Shown here: one piece after another, positions 29,660 through 41,902 of the stretch | Layout of the letters: each line of letters opens with the position of its first letter | Position numbering within the stretch: the first letter of the stretch is position 1 | Assembly (NCBI GenBank): GCA_965203355.1 | Contig: OZ241889.1 | Span: forward strand, 416,001-480,000 | DNA from: Candidatus Latescibacterota bacterium | GTDB lineage: Bacteria; Latescibacterota; UBA2968; UBA8231 | Reading direction: 5' to 3' | DNA: 64,000 nt | Made by a program: the position numbers and the translations under genes | Notes under the pieces: model-generated | Seen by the model: only the letters and a program-made list of their open reading frames with translations | What the model was told of the DNA's origin: nothing | Database searches by the model: none

Positions 29660-31654
29660 TCAAGGCAATATGGCTTCTATTTCTACTTGGCCCTCGTCCC
29701 AAACCACCGTGCCCGCACCCATTTCAGCTAGCTCGACGACATCGCCGGGCACCTCCAACCTCAACGAGGTCATCCCGCTTCCGCTATAGGCGGCAACATA
29801 CCTTTTGCCCCCCGGGCAAGCGCAGAGCCATACCGGCCCCTTATCGCAGGTGAGCGTGGCGTCGCCGATGGAAACCTGTCCAGAAGTGCTCTGGCGGACG
29901 TAGGGCGACTCGTGCATGGGCCAGCCCAAGGAGCCGTCTTGCGTCCAACGCCGCTTTAGCGACCACTCATACAAATCGACTTCAATGCCGAGTACGCGGT
30001 CGTCGCGGGCGTACTCCACGCGGAGCGGGCGCTCGCTACCTGCGGTATAGGTGGCGGACGGGGCCGCCTCGTCGATGAGTGTGCCGCGCGCTACCTCGGC
30101 GGCAAAATCGGCACCGCTGACGTAGGCGGTGCGCTCGGCCAGTTCGGCATAGAAGCCACAGCGGGGCTGGCCTTGGTAAAAGGAGCCGGGCTTGGCCATT
30201 TCCCAGAAAGTCTTGGCCGGTCCCGTGTAGTTGTACATCGCCAGGGCCAAATGACCGTCCAGTTCGACCAAGCGGATGGGGGCACCGCCGCCCAGATCGG
30301 TCCGTTCGAGCGGCAGAACAGCCGTCCACAGGGCACCGCTGCCGACGACGACCACCTCGCCCTGGGGCACTGCCGCCGGCAGCGAATCTACGGCGTGCTG
30401 GCCGACCCAGATCTCATCAACCCGCTCGACCTCGGTCCACACGAGCACGGCTTTGGCACTGGTGCGCCGCGTCCAAGCGTCTAGCCCGCGCGGAGCGTAG
30501 AGGCCGATGGCGCGACCCCGCTCGTGTACGCCGTAGAAGTGGCCTTCTTCGGGAACGACCTGTCCGGGCGCACGCGACGGTGTCGTCTGGAAGCTGAGCC
30601 ACTGGTCGTCGAGTATGTAGCGCGAAAAAAGTACGCCGCAGGGCGCGCCATCCGCGCGCCGGTACTGCGCGTGAAACACGCTGGACTGCAAGGCGATAAA
30701 GATGACTTCCTGAGTCTTCAGTTCGCAGGAAGCTACCCCCAAGCAGAAAGAGGGACTGTGATAGGTACTCAGCACCACGGGCTCTTCGCCGTGCGCTGTT
30801 TCGTCTATCTGCTGCGGCACGTTAGGGCGCTGCAACAGGTCGCCGATCCACGCGGGGAGTTGCCCGCCATCCAACCACGTGCGCACGTCATCAGCGTTAA
30901 AGGCGTTGGCGTTGAAGACGGCATGGCTATAGACGCGGCTGAAGGGGCCGGCCCAGCAACCGATGCTAGGGTGTACGTGTAACGCCGCAGAAAGGCCGAG
31001 GCGCGCGAGCATGGTGCGGGCGCGGATGCGGGTGTGTTCGTCCTCTGTCAGTTCGGCCAAGCAGGCCAACACGCGCACGGCAACAGAAGCGTAGTTGGGG
31101 CTATTGTACTCGGCCGGCAGGCCATAGGTGTCCACGTGCGCCATCCAGCGCACCAGTTTTTCCCGGCCGCGCTGGCCGATGGTATCATCGCCCAACAACT
31201 GGCCGCCGAGGCAGGAGTTTGTGATGTCTTTGAGGACGATGTTGGTATAGGCTGGGGCCACGTCAATGCGCGCGATTTCCTCCAGGCCCAACGCGATGGC
31301 GCGGCGCATCGCGGCGACCAAATCCGCGGGAAGGGCGTCTGATGCTTTGCACAGCACGGGAATGCAGTAAAAGAGCACGAACTGCACGGCATTGAGATCT
31401 TCGACGACTTTGTCTTCCCGCTCCCAGCGAAAATTGCCGCGGTGCGGGTCTGTGTTCCGCACTTCTTGGCAGGCGAGCACCGCGCGAAAGATGGCGGCGG
31501 CTTCGGCGATGGCGGCGGGTGCGCGGCTGGCCATCAGTTCAGCGGCTAGTCCCGCCGAGGGTACGGTGGAGTGAAAGATGTGCCCGCACACCTGATGAGT
31601 TATCATATGTGCTTGGGCGTCGTAATGTTCGGGTAGGGCTAGCGGTGATGGCAA
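29660..31654 (-). CDS. hypothetical protein (possible heparinase/lyase-like toroid + beta-sandwich)
   Basis: 664-aa ORF with GC3 bias; YTNI, EYNSPNY and AGPFSR motifs; function inferred only. Confidence 0.55.
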   Translation of the reverse strand: MPSPLALPEHYDAQAHMITHQVCGHIFHSTVPSAGLAAELMASRAPAAIAEAAAIFRAVLACQEVRNTDPHRGNFRWEREDKVVEDLNAVQFVLFYCIPVLCKASDALPADLVAAMRRAIALGLEEIARIDVAPAYTNIVLKDITNSCLGGQLLGDDTIGQRGREKLVRWMAHVDTYGLPAEYNSPNYASVAVRVLACLAELTEDEHTRIRARTMLARLGLSAALHVHPSIGCWAGPFSRVYSHAVFNANAFNADDVRTWLDGGQLPAWIGDLLQRPNVPQQIDETAHGEEPVVLSTYHSPSFCLGVASCELKTQEVIFIALQSSVFHAQYRRADGAPCGVLFSRYILDDQWLSFQTTPSRAPGQVVPEEGHFYGVHERGRAIGLYAPRGLDAWTRRTSAKAVLVWTEVERVDEIWVGQHAVDSLPAAVPQGEVVVVGSGALWTAVLPLERTDLGGGAPIRLVELDGHLALAMYNYTGPAKTFWEMAKPGSFYQGQPRCGFYAELAERTAYVSGADFAAEVARGTLIDEAAPSATYTAGSERPLRVEYARDDRVLGIEVDLYEWSLKRRWTQDGSLGWPMHESPYVRQSTSGQVSIGDATLTCDKGPVWLCACPGGKRYVAAYSGSGMTSLRLEVPGDVVELAEMGAGTVVWDEGQVEIEAILP

Positions 31655-31815
31655 GATGAGTTCCTCGGTGAAGGGGTAAAAAGTAGCGTATCACTCAATA
31701 GAAAGGAAAGGAATCGCACTGATAGCTAAAGCAGTCCGAGGCGGTCGGCATGGGCCTGTTGCCCGCAGTGCTTGCCGGAGAAAGCGTCTTGACGACAGGT
31801 TTGGGACGTACCTTA

Positions 31816-31959
31816 GAAGCCTTTTTAAGATTCTTCTTATTGCCCTTTGCGTCAAAAAAGAACCTAGTAGCAATGGAGTCCCGCCCACGGAAAACGCCCG
31901 ACCCGGGAGCCGCTTGACTGCCCGTTGAAGTAGTCCGACGAGAATTTTAAAAACGCTTC
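31816..31959. mobile_element. MITE copy 1 (~144 bp, non-autonomous)
   Basis: Terminal inverted repeats GAAGCCTTTTTAAGATTC / GAATTTTAAAAACGCTTC; flanks TTA/TAA; homologous to 36291-36431. Confidence 0.75.
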
Positions 31960-31985
31960 TAATACAAACAGGAGGTTTTGATGAC

Positions 31986-33374
31986 ATGAGTGTCAAAAAA
32001 AGCGATTTGCTGATCGGAGGCCAAATGTGCCCCCCAACATCTGGACGCTACTACTCCCTGTACAGCCCCCTAGATGGCGCGTTAGTCGCCGAAGTCGCCG
32101 ATGCCAGTCGAGCCGACGTGGATCGGGCTGCGGCGGCCGCGCACGAAGCATTTTACGCCGAGTGGAAGTTCTGCGGCATCGAGCACAAGCGCACCTTATT
32201 CGCTAAGCTGAAAGAAGCGCTCTATGCCATGGCTGACGAACTAGCGGCCACCAAGGTCCAGCCCCAAGGGGGCGTGGGCATCCCGCCGCTGGTAGAGCGG
32301 GTCATCGACTACTACGTGGCTAAACTAGACGACGGGGCCGGGACGCTTATTGAACACGGCGACCAAGGCACTAATTACGTATATCGGGAACCGCTGGGCG
32401 TCGTTGCGATCTTTGCTCCCTTCAACGGACCGATGCTGGCCTCTCTTTTGTCGGCCATACCGGCCCTCGTAGCCGGCAATACGGTCGTGCTAAAAGCACC
32501 CGACCAAGAAGCACCACAGGCGATCAAGACCATGCAGGCATTCCACGAAGCCGGCTTCCCGGCCGGGGTGGTCAACGCGCTCAGCGGCAAGGGGCCCGAA
32601 GTGGGTCAGGCGCTCGTCGCGCATCCCGCTACGCGGCTGATCAGTTTCACCGGCAGCACGGCGACGGGTAAAAAGATCATGGCCGCGGCCGCCGAAGATC
32701 TCAAGCGAGTACAGCTAAATCTGGGCAACAAAACAGCGCAGATCGTCCGGCCCGACGCCGACCTCGAAGCGGCGGCGACAGCGACTGTGGGATCGGCTTT
32801 TCCCGGGCAGGCGTGCTCGGCAATAAGTCGGGTTTTGCTGCACGAATCGCGGCGCGACGAATTTATCGCTCTGCTAAAAGAAAAGGCGCAGGCCGCCGGC
32901 CCCAGCCTGTTGATCGACCAAGCGGCAGTAGAGCGCGTGGCGCGCTACGTCGAGCGGGGCAAAGCACAGGGGTCTCTACTGTTTGGCGGCGCACAGCCAG
33001 CGGGAGACGAGTACGCCAAAGGCTGCTATTTTGAGCCTACGGCCTTTGCCTTTGCCGATCAGTCCAGTCCGATTTGCCGCGACGAAATTTTCGGCCCGGT
33101 CGTCTCGGTGCTGACGTTTGCCAGCGACGACGAGGCGTTGGCGTTGGCAAACGATACGGACTACGGACTGCTCGTCTCACTCTGGACGCAAGATCCCGAG
33201 CGGCAACGCTATTTTGTGCGGCGTTTGGAAGTGGGGATTGTCGCCATTAACAGCGCCAGTATGCTGAGCCATCGCACCCCTTGGGGCGGTTTTAAGCAGA
33301 GCGGCATAGGTCGGCGTTACGGCGAGATGGGTCTGGCGCCTTTTTTTGAATACAAAACAGTGTGGATTGCTTGA
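31986..33374 (+). CDS. aldehyde dehydrogenase family protein (atypical)
   Basis: REPLGVV, PFN.P, FTGSTATG, GQAC, EIFGPV, YGL, PWGGFKQSG; NLGNK in place of ELGGK. Confidence 0.9.
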   Translation: MSVKKSDLLIGGQMCPPTSGRYYSLYSPLDGALVAEVADASRADVDRAAAAAHEAFYAEWKFCGIEHKRTLFAKLKEALYAMADELAATKVQPQGGVGIPPLVERVIDYYVAKLDDGAGTLIEHGDQGTNYVYREPLGVVAIFAPFNGPMLASLLSAIPALVAGNTVVLKAPDQEAPQAIKTMQAFHEAGFPAGVVNALSGKGPEVGQALVAHPATRLISFTGSTATGKKIMAAAAEDLKRVQLNLGNKTAQIVRPDADLEAAATATVGSAFPGQACSAISRVLLHESRRDEFIALLKEKAQAAGPSLLIDQAAVERVARYVERGKAQGSLLFGGAQPAGDEYAKGCYFEPTAFAFADQSSPICRDEIFGPVVSVLTFASDDEALALANDTDYGLLVSLWTQDPERQRYFVRRLEVGIVAINSASMLSHRTPWGGFKQSGIGRRYGEMGLAPFFEYKTVWIA

Positions 33375-33467
33375 AAGGGATTGGCATTGAACTGGCGTGA
33401 GCAGAGGAAGAAAGTCGCCGTCCGCGATCGGGGCGGGCCAGATCGCAACCTCACAACAGCTACCGAG

Positions 33468-33622
33468 GTCTGCTCGCGTGGGCGTGTGCGATCTGTAGCG
33501 TAGATTAGGTGCTGATAATTAAATCGGATCGTCTGCTCGCGCGCGGGCGTGCGACACTGGCTGGCGATTGGGACGAGGACGGCGACGGATCGTCTGCTCG
33601 CGTGCGGGCGTGCGATCTGTAG
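33468..33622. repeat. three degenerate palindromic direct repeats (period 63 and 61 bp)
   Basis: GTCTGCTCGCG..(G/C)G..GTGCGA cores at 33468, 33531 and 33592, separated by largely unrelated intervals. Confidence 0.7.
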
Positions 33623-33792
33623 CCCGGGCCGCAGGTGTGCGCGGCCAGCACTCCACCGATCGCATAGCGTAGAGACTTGCCTTCCCTGACAAACGCACGG
33701 GCACCGGCATAACACGTAAGGCTCGACCCAATTTGGCCCCGGCAAGTTCGCCAGGTCAGGCCGATCAAGTGCAATGCCGGTGCCCTAGGAGA

Positions 33793-36174
<2,382 letters not shown>

Positions 36175-36290
36175 TTAAGCAGCCTGACATCTGAGACGAC
36201 TAATTATTGACGTTCACCACAGTTTGTTTACCGTTATAACTCCGAACCGGCTGGACGCGATGAGCCGATACTTCTGGAGGTTTCTCCTGA

Positions 36291-36431
36291 GACGCCTTTT
36301 AAGATTGTTCTTATTGTTTTTTGAGCCTCAAAAGCCTAGTAGTACTGGCGTCTCGCCCGCGGAAAACGCCCGATCCAGGAACCGCTCGACGGCCCGTTGA
36401 ACTAGTCCGACGCGAATCTTAAAAAGGCTTC
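36291..36431. mobile_element. MITE copy 2 (~141 bp)
   Basis: TIRs GACGCCTTTTAAGATT / GAATCTTAAAAAGGCTTC; flanked by TGA on both sides (putative TSD). Confidence 0.75.
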
Positions 36432-36513
36432 TGAGGTCTAATGGCATTTGTATAGTGAAATCGTACGCTTTCTACAGAGAATATACTATAAAAGAGAATG
36501 AGGAGCGCTGGAC

Positions 36514-37362
36514 GTGACGGCAGCACGTGTATCCATACACGGTGGACACAGCAAAGAATTCGGCGATGCAAACGACTCCACACTTGAGGAGGTCGTGCTC
36601 GCCTACGTTGACAAGGGTTTCAAATGGGTGGGCATTACCGAGCATATCCCCCCAGCCTCAGCCGACTTCCTCTTTCCCTACGAGCTCGAAGAGGGCCAGA
36701 CGCTTGAGTCGAGGATGGAACGATTCACAGAATATTTCTCGGTGGCACGCCGGCTCCAGCGGGAACATCGAGATTCTATTCAGATATTAGTCGGATTCGA
36801 AACAGAGAGTTACACGGGCTATGTAGCGCACGTCACCAGTCTTCGGAATCAATTTCAACCTGACTATATCGTAGGCTCGGTCCATCACGTAAGAGATATA
36901 TGTATTGATGGTCCGCCAGAATGGTATGCCCAAGCCGCAGAAGAGGCCGGGGGAATCGACGCGCTATTCTGTGAATATTTCGACCAACAATACGAGCTCA
37001 TAGAGGAACTAGAACCCGAGGTAATCGGTCACTTTGACCTCATTCGAATGCACGACAGGGACTATCGTCAGCGCATAGAGACCCCCAAGATCAAAGAGAG
37101 AATCCAGCGGAACCTCGAGCAGATCAAAGCCCTTGGGTCAATCCTCGATTTCAATCTCAGGGCTTTTGAAAAGGGCGGATTCGAACCTTACGTATCCAGA
37201 TCTATCTTGGAAATGGCACTGGAACTTGGCGTCCCTTGCGTCCCAGGCGACGATTCACATGGGGTCGCGGGCGTTGGATTACACATCGAGAAAGGGATCG
37301 AAATACTAACGCAGACCGGATTTAGCACGGATTGGCAACTCCCAAGGGGCTACGGCACATAA
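36514..37362 (+). CDS. histidinol-phosphatase, HisJ/PHP family
   Basis: HGGHS, GITEH, GFETE, DYIVGSVH, GHFDL, GDDSH. Confidence 0.85.
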   Translation: MTAARVSIHGGHSKEFGDANDSTLEEVVLAYVDKGFKWVGITEHIPPASADFLFPYELEEGQTLESRMERFTEYFSVARRLQREHRDSIQILVGFETESYTGYVAHVTSLRNQFQPDYIVGSVHHVRDICIDGPPEWYAQAAEEAGGIDALFCEYFDQQYELIEELEPEVIGHFDLIRMHDRDYRQRIETPKIKERIQRNLEQIKALGSILDFNLRAFEKGGFEPYVSRSILEMALELGVPCVPGDDSHGVAGVGLHIEKGIEILTQTGFSTDWQLPRGYGT

Positions 37363-37502
37363 CACAGGAGTTTTCGCGAGCGGATGATTCGCTCCCAAGC
37401 GGGCCGCCACGCCTCGGCGATCTATCCGTCGCCCTAGCGCGTCTGTCGCTTTGCGTTATCTGCTACGGTGAGGCGATATTGTGGACCGGCGCGGGATCGG
37501 CC

Positions 37503-37628
37503 ATGGGGGCGACAGGCGACAAATCCGGATGCCTAGAGCATGACGAACTGGACGAGTATGCCGCAGCGCATGGTTACAGAGTAGCATTTGACGGATTATC
37601 GCTGTCATTCGACGCTTGGAGAAAATAA
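37503..37628 (+). pseudogene. possible C-terminal remnant of an MBL-fold hydrolase
   Basis: HDELDEYAAAHGYRVAFDGLSL resembles the PhnP-like C-terminus; its stop abuts ATG 37629. Confidence 0.35.
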
Positions 37629-38852
37629 ATGGAACCCTTGACGCACATCTGCGCTGCCTGGCCAACTTCGGCGGAAGAGGAAGCCTACTGGCAGTCAATT
37701 CGCAAGCAGTACATGCTCGCATCGGACGAAATCTATCTCAACACCGGCTCCTTTGGCTCACAGCCTAGGCCCGTGTTCGAGAAAATGACGGAAGTGCTAG
37801 AAGATGTTGAACGCAGCCCCACCCGGCATCGAGGAAAATATTACAGCGCTGTAGATGAAGCTCGCGCTCGTCTGGGCACCTTTATCAACGCACCAGCAGA
37901 GGATATTGCCTTTGCTACCAATGTTACTATGGCCATCAATATGGCAGTACACGGACTGGATTGGCACCGAGGCGACGAAATCCTCGCGTCAAACCAAGAG
38001 TACGGTGCTATTGACAACTGCCTGCATCTGGCTGAACGCCGCCGCGGCGTGGTAGTAAAACGCGCCCAAATCCCCATCCTTCCCAAATGTCCCGAAGACA
38101 TCCTGCGCGCTTTTGACCGCGAATTTACCGAGCGCACCAAGCTGATCTTATGCAGCCATATCACCACTAATACGGGCCTGATTACTCCCATCAAAGCCCT
38201 CGCCCAACTAGCCCGCGATCGCGGAGCACTGATTGTAGTAGATGGAGCACACGCCCCAGGCATGATCCCGCTGGATCTGCAGGATCTGGACTGCGACTTT
38301 TACGGCGGCAACTGTCACAAATGGCTATGTGCGCCCAAAGGCACTGGATTTTTTTACGCTTCGCCGGCCGGGCAAGAACAGCTCAATCACGTTGTGGCAA
38401 GTTGGGGATACAGCCGAGCAGGCGCACAAAGGGGAGCAGATGGCATTCTGCGGATCCATGATCGCCCATTTATGTGGGGCATTGAAAACTGGGGGACCCG
38501 GGACCAAGCCTGTTTTGCCGCCGTCGGCCAGGCGATTGAGTTTCAAGAGGCGATTGGCAAAGATCGAATTCGGCAAAGAGGTCGTCAGTTAGCGACCTAT
38601 CTGCGAGATCGCTTGGCTGCAACCGGCTGGGCAAAACAGCTCACGCCCTCCGCACCCGCCCTATCCGGCTCCATATCGGCCTTCCACCTTGCTGGATTCG
38701 ACGATCTAGATCTTTACAAGCAATACCGAATCACAGTGCCGACGGCAAAAATCGACAATGGACACTGGATGCGCGTTTCCACCCACATCTGCAACGGCTT
38801 TGACCATGTAGATCGACTGATAGATGCTTTGCAGGAAGTGAAAAATGAGTGA
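37629..38852 (+). CDS. class V aminotransferase (isopenicillin-N epimerase/cysteine desulfurase-like)
   Basis: YLNTGSFG, DGAHAPG, GNCHKWLCAPKG, GTRD, RVSTH. Confidence 0.88.
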   Translation: MEPLTHICAAWPTSAEEEAYWQSIRKQYMLASDEIYLNTGSFGSQPRPVFEKMTEVLEDVERSPTRHRGKYYSAVDEARARLGTFINAPAEDIAFATNVTMAINMAVHGLDWHRGDEILASNQEYGAIDNCLHLAERRRGVVVKRAQIPILPKCPEDILRAFDREFTERTKLILCSHITTNTGLITPIKALAQLARDRGALIVVDGAHAPGMIPLDLQDLDCDFYGGNCHKWLCAPKGTGFFYASPAGQEQLNHVVASWGYSRAGAQRGADGILRIHDRPFMWGIENWGTRDQACFAAVGQAIEFQEAIGKDRIRQRGRQLATYLRDRLAATGWAKQLTPSAPALSGSISAFHLAGFDDLDLYKQYRITVPTAKIDNGHWMRVSTHICNGFDHVDRLIDALQEVKNE

Positions 38853-39696
38853 AAGAGAGATCGTTCAAAAAACAGAATTTCCCGCCACAATCAGATCGTT
38901 ACAAGCGGACTTCCGCACGCTTGGCGTCAAACCGGGTATGGTCGTATTAGTTCACTCGTCTTTGAGTGCCATGGGGTGGGTGTGTGGAGGAGCCGTGGCA
39001 GTCATCACGGCCCTTCAGAAAGCCTTGGGTGCCACTGGAACGCTTGTGATGCCGGCCCACTCGACCGATCTGACTGAACCGAGCGGCTGGGAAAGTCCGC
39101 CCGTCCCCGAGTCGTGGTGGCCGGTAATACGCGAGAACATGCCGGCCTACGATCCAGCACTGACCCCCACCCGTTCCATGGGCCTTATCGCCGAGACATT
39201 CCGCAAGCAACGAGGCGTCCTCCGCAGCGCACATCCGCAGGTCTCGTTTTGCGCTTGTGGCCCCCAAGCGTCGCACATCACCAACAATCACTTATTGGCC
39301 TTTGGTCTGGGCGATCACTCGCCGCTTGCGAGAATCTACGACCTGCGCGGTTTCGTCCTGCTTCTCGGCGTAGATCACGGAAACAACACGTCCATGCACC
39401 TTGCGGAACATTGGGCGACTTTTCCAACCAAACGAATCATCGAGCAGGGTGCGCCAATTGCTGCGTCGGATTCGCGGCGATGGGCCACCTTTGAAGATGT
39501 CGACATCGACAGCTCGGATTTTGATCGCATCGGCGAGGACTTTCTGCGCTCAGACGCCGGCCGGGGCGTCCGTCGTGGCCGAGTTGGTCTTGCCGATTGT
39601 CAACTCATGCCCCAACGCGATATTGTGGATTTTACAGTCGGTTGGCTCGAAGAGAATCGGTCGAATAAACGCACAAGGAGCAATGCAAATCCATGA
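38845..39696 (+). CDS. AAC(3)/YokD-family N-acetyltransferase (Antibiotic_NAT)
   Basis: VHSSLS, GTLVMP, RSAHPQVSF, LLGV.HGNNTSMHLAE. Confidence 0.88.
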   Translation: MSEREIVQKTEFPATIRSLQADFRTLGVKPGMVVLVHSSLSAMGWVCGGAVAVITALQKALGATGTLVMPAHSTDLTEPSGWESPPVPESWWPVIRENMPAYDPALTPTRSMGLIAETFRKQRGVLRSAHPQVSFCACGPQASHITNNHLLAFGLGDHSPLARIYDLRGFVLLLGVDHGNNTSMHLAEHWATFPTKRIIEQGAPIAASDSRRWATFEDVDIDSSDFDRIGEDFLRSDAGRGVRRGRVGLADCQLMPQRDIVDFTVGWLEENRSNKRTRSNANP

Positions 39697-40595
39697 GCAA
39701 TCACATCGTCGTATCGAGTATTTCCTACGCCCCGATCGACGGGACGGACCAAGAAGTGATGGAGCAAACCCACAAGGACTTGGTAGCCTTGGTGGATCGG
39801 ACCGCCCGCGCCACGAGGCCCGATTTGATCGTCCTGCCCGAGACTATCTGCCGCAACTGCGACGAAGAAGTGCCGGCCGGGCCGACGACTCAGCTATTGG
39901 CTGGTTTAGCCCGCCAGTATGGCTGCTATATCACCGTGCCGGTGCATCAAAAAGAACGCAAGAGTGGGGCGGTTTTCAACGTCCTTGGGCTGCTCGACCG
40001 GCAGGGGGAATTGGTTGGTATATACCGCAAGTACATTCCGGTTTATCCAGAGTTCGATCACGGCACTCGTCCCGGGCCAGGCGCGTCGCTAATCCAAACC
40101 GAATTCGGGCCAGTGGGTGGGTTGATCTGTTTTGATCTAAACTTCGGGGAGTTGCGTGCTCAGTACAAAAAGCTCAAGCCGAAACTGTTGCTCTTCAGTT
40201 CCATGTATCACGGCGGGCTAGTGCAGAACTTCTGGGCTTTGGATGTACAGGCCTTTTTCGTCGGCTCGGTGTACAAAGGGACGCCCTGCACTATTATCGA
40301 TCCGCAGGGCACCACTTTGGCCCAAAGCAATAACTACCAGAGCTGGGCCACGGCCCGCATCAACTTGGACTACGAAGTAGTGCATCTCGACAAGAACCAA
40401 GCCAAGTTCGACGATATACATCGGCACTACGGCGAGGCCGTGCGCATTGTCACGGCCGGGCAGGTGGGTACTTCGGTGATCTACAGCGAGAGCGCGGAGC
40501 GAACCGCAGCAACTATTGTCGATGAATTTGAGCTCGTGCGGTTGGACGAATACTTCGACTGGTCGCGGCAACTGCGGACAGAGCATCTGGCGTGA
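39693..40595 (+). CDS. carbon-nitrogen hydrolase (nitrilase superfamily)
   Basis: E-K-C triad in LPET, YRKY and ICFD. Confidence 0.85.
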   Translation: MSNHIVVSSISYAPIDGTDQEVMEQTHKDLVALVDRTARATRPDLIVLPETICRNCDEEVPAGPTTQLLAGLARQYGCYITVPVHQKERKSGAVFNVLGLLDRQGELVGIYRKYIPVYPEFDHGTRPGPGASLIQTEFGPVGGLICFDLNFGELRAQYKKLKPKLLLFSSMYHGGLVQNFWALDVQAFFVGSVYKGTPCTIIDPQGTTLAQSNNYQSWATARINLDYEVVHLDKNQAKFDDIHRHYGEAVRIVTAGQVGTSVIYSESAERTAATIVDEFELVRLDEYFDWSRQLRTEHLA

Positions 40596-40610
40596 GCGGT
40601 GTACACGTAA

Positions 40611-40642
40611 ACGGTGGGTCCGTTGTGAGGCGGACCCACCGT
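40611..40642. terminator. hairpin between convergent genes
   Basis: ACGGTGGGTCCG-8 nt-CGGACCCACCGT perfect 12-bp stem. Confidence 0.6.
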
Positions 40643-40739
40643 ATTCGTTCAGGAACCAGCCCAAGTTAGGACTGTTATGCCGCCGTGGGCGTCGCCGTAT
40701 CCCCACGACGTGCTAGCTTGCACATCAATGTAACATACG

Positions 40740-41276
40740 CTAAAAATTCACCTGCATCGTCGCCGTAAAGCGGCTGATGTGGATCGTGTCGTCGGCGAAG
40801 ATGAAGTCGCGCTGGAAGCTCAAGCCCGCCCGCAAGCGATCGCTGAGAACCACCTCAGCCCCGACGCCCGGAACAATCCCGAAACTAGCGTCGCCGATCT
40901 CGGGCGAGTACAGCTCGGCATCGAGCGAAAAGTAGTAGTTGAACGGCCGAGTAACGTAGGCTGAGCGCACTCCACCGACATAGAGGTTGGTGTCTTGCTC
41001 CAAGATGTGGGCGAACCCCACCTGAAAGGCCAACCATTCCTCGACCATGTAGCCGACGTTAAGCCCGGTAACGAGGTTGGTCTCTGTGTCCGCGGCGTCG
41101 CGCTCCACCATCGCCGCCCCCAAAAAACCCTCGGTATAGAAGCGGCCATACTGGGCCTTGTGATGGTAGCCGCCCTTGCCGTATTCGCTGCCTTCAGGGC
41201 CGTCAGTGCGGCCCGGCGTCGCGGCTTGCGCTCCAGCGGCCAGTGCCAGCAGGGCGATCAGTGCAATGCGTCTCAT
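40740..41276 (-). CDS. small outer-membrane beta-barrel protein
   Basis: Signal peptide, amphipathic beta-strands, C-terminal Phe. Confidence 0.65.
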   Translation of the reverse strand: MRRIALIALLALAAGAQAATPGRTDGPEGSEYGKGGYHHKAQYGRFYTEGFLGAAMVERDAADTETNLVTGLNVGYMVEEWLAFQVGFAHILEQDTNLYVGGVRSAYVTRPFNYYFSLDAELYSPEIGDASFGIVPGVGAEVVLSDRLRAGLSFQRDFIFADDTIHISRFTATMQVNF

Positions 41277-41293
41277 GCTCCGTGCTCCTTTCC

Positions 41294-41890
41294 CTAGAAG
41301 CCGATGCTCTTCTTCTCGAAGTGCTTGGTGATTTCCTTGTGGTCGGTCCAGACGATCTCAGTGGTAGCGATGTCGGTCAGTTCAAAGGTCGCCTTGTAGT
41401 AAATGACCTTGTTTTTGCCCACCTGCTGTATGGTCGAAGTGATGACCCCGCCGAGCAAGAAGCGTGCGCCGCGCTGGCTGCCCGGCCCTTGGGCCTCGTC
41501 TTGGCGCACGTAGCCCGAGCCTTGGTACTCGTACTCTTGGGCGATCTCGCGCCGCGCGGCCTTGTCGAGGAACGTGAACTGACCACTCTGGATGAGCGCG
41601 GTCTTGACGTGGTCGTACAGGGCCTGCATGTCGATGTGCTCGGTGGTCTTGTTGCGCGGCATCTCCAAGATGACGACCGGCTTTTCGGCCAGCGCCCGGG
41701 CATCGGCCCAGACCTCCATCGAGTTGATCATCTTCTTGGCGATTAGCTGCATGTCGTTTTGGTTCCACTTGTCGTCGAGCATGACGATCTCTTCTGGATC
41801 GCCGTACTCGCCCTTGGTAAAGGCCCTCGGGCCTCCGCAAGCCGCAAGCCCTACCGCTAGGGCGATGGCCGCAAAAACGCAGTGTCTCAT
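41294..41890 (-). CDS. lpoB: penicillin-binding protein activator LpoB-family lipoprotein
   Basis: Lipobox LAAC; NKTTEHID, YYKATFELTDI.T.EIVW. Confidence 0.75.
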   Translation of the reverse strand: MRHCVFAAIALAVGLAACGGPRAFTKGEYGDPEEIVMLDDKWNQNDMQLIAKKMINSMEVWADARALAEKPVVILEMPRNKTTEHIDMQALYDHVKTALIQSGQFTFLDKAARREIAQEYEYQGSGYVRQDEAQGPGSQRGARFLLGGVITSTIQQVGKNKVIYYKATFELTDIATTEIVWTDHKEITKHFEKKSIGF

Positions 41891-41902
41891 CGTAAGCTCC
41901 TT

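Noticed and set aside
33468-33622. Calling a bona fide CRISPR array
   Set aside because: Only three degenerate repeats, no leader and no cas genes; kept as a repeat and as a finding.
38845-39696. Acquired clinical aminoglycoside resistance gene
   Set aside because: YokD-like chromosomal family with no linked IS or integron; activity cannot be inferred from sequence.
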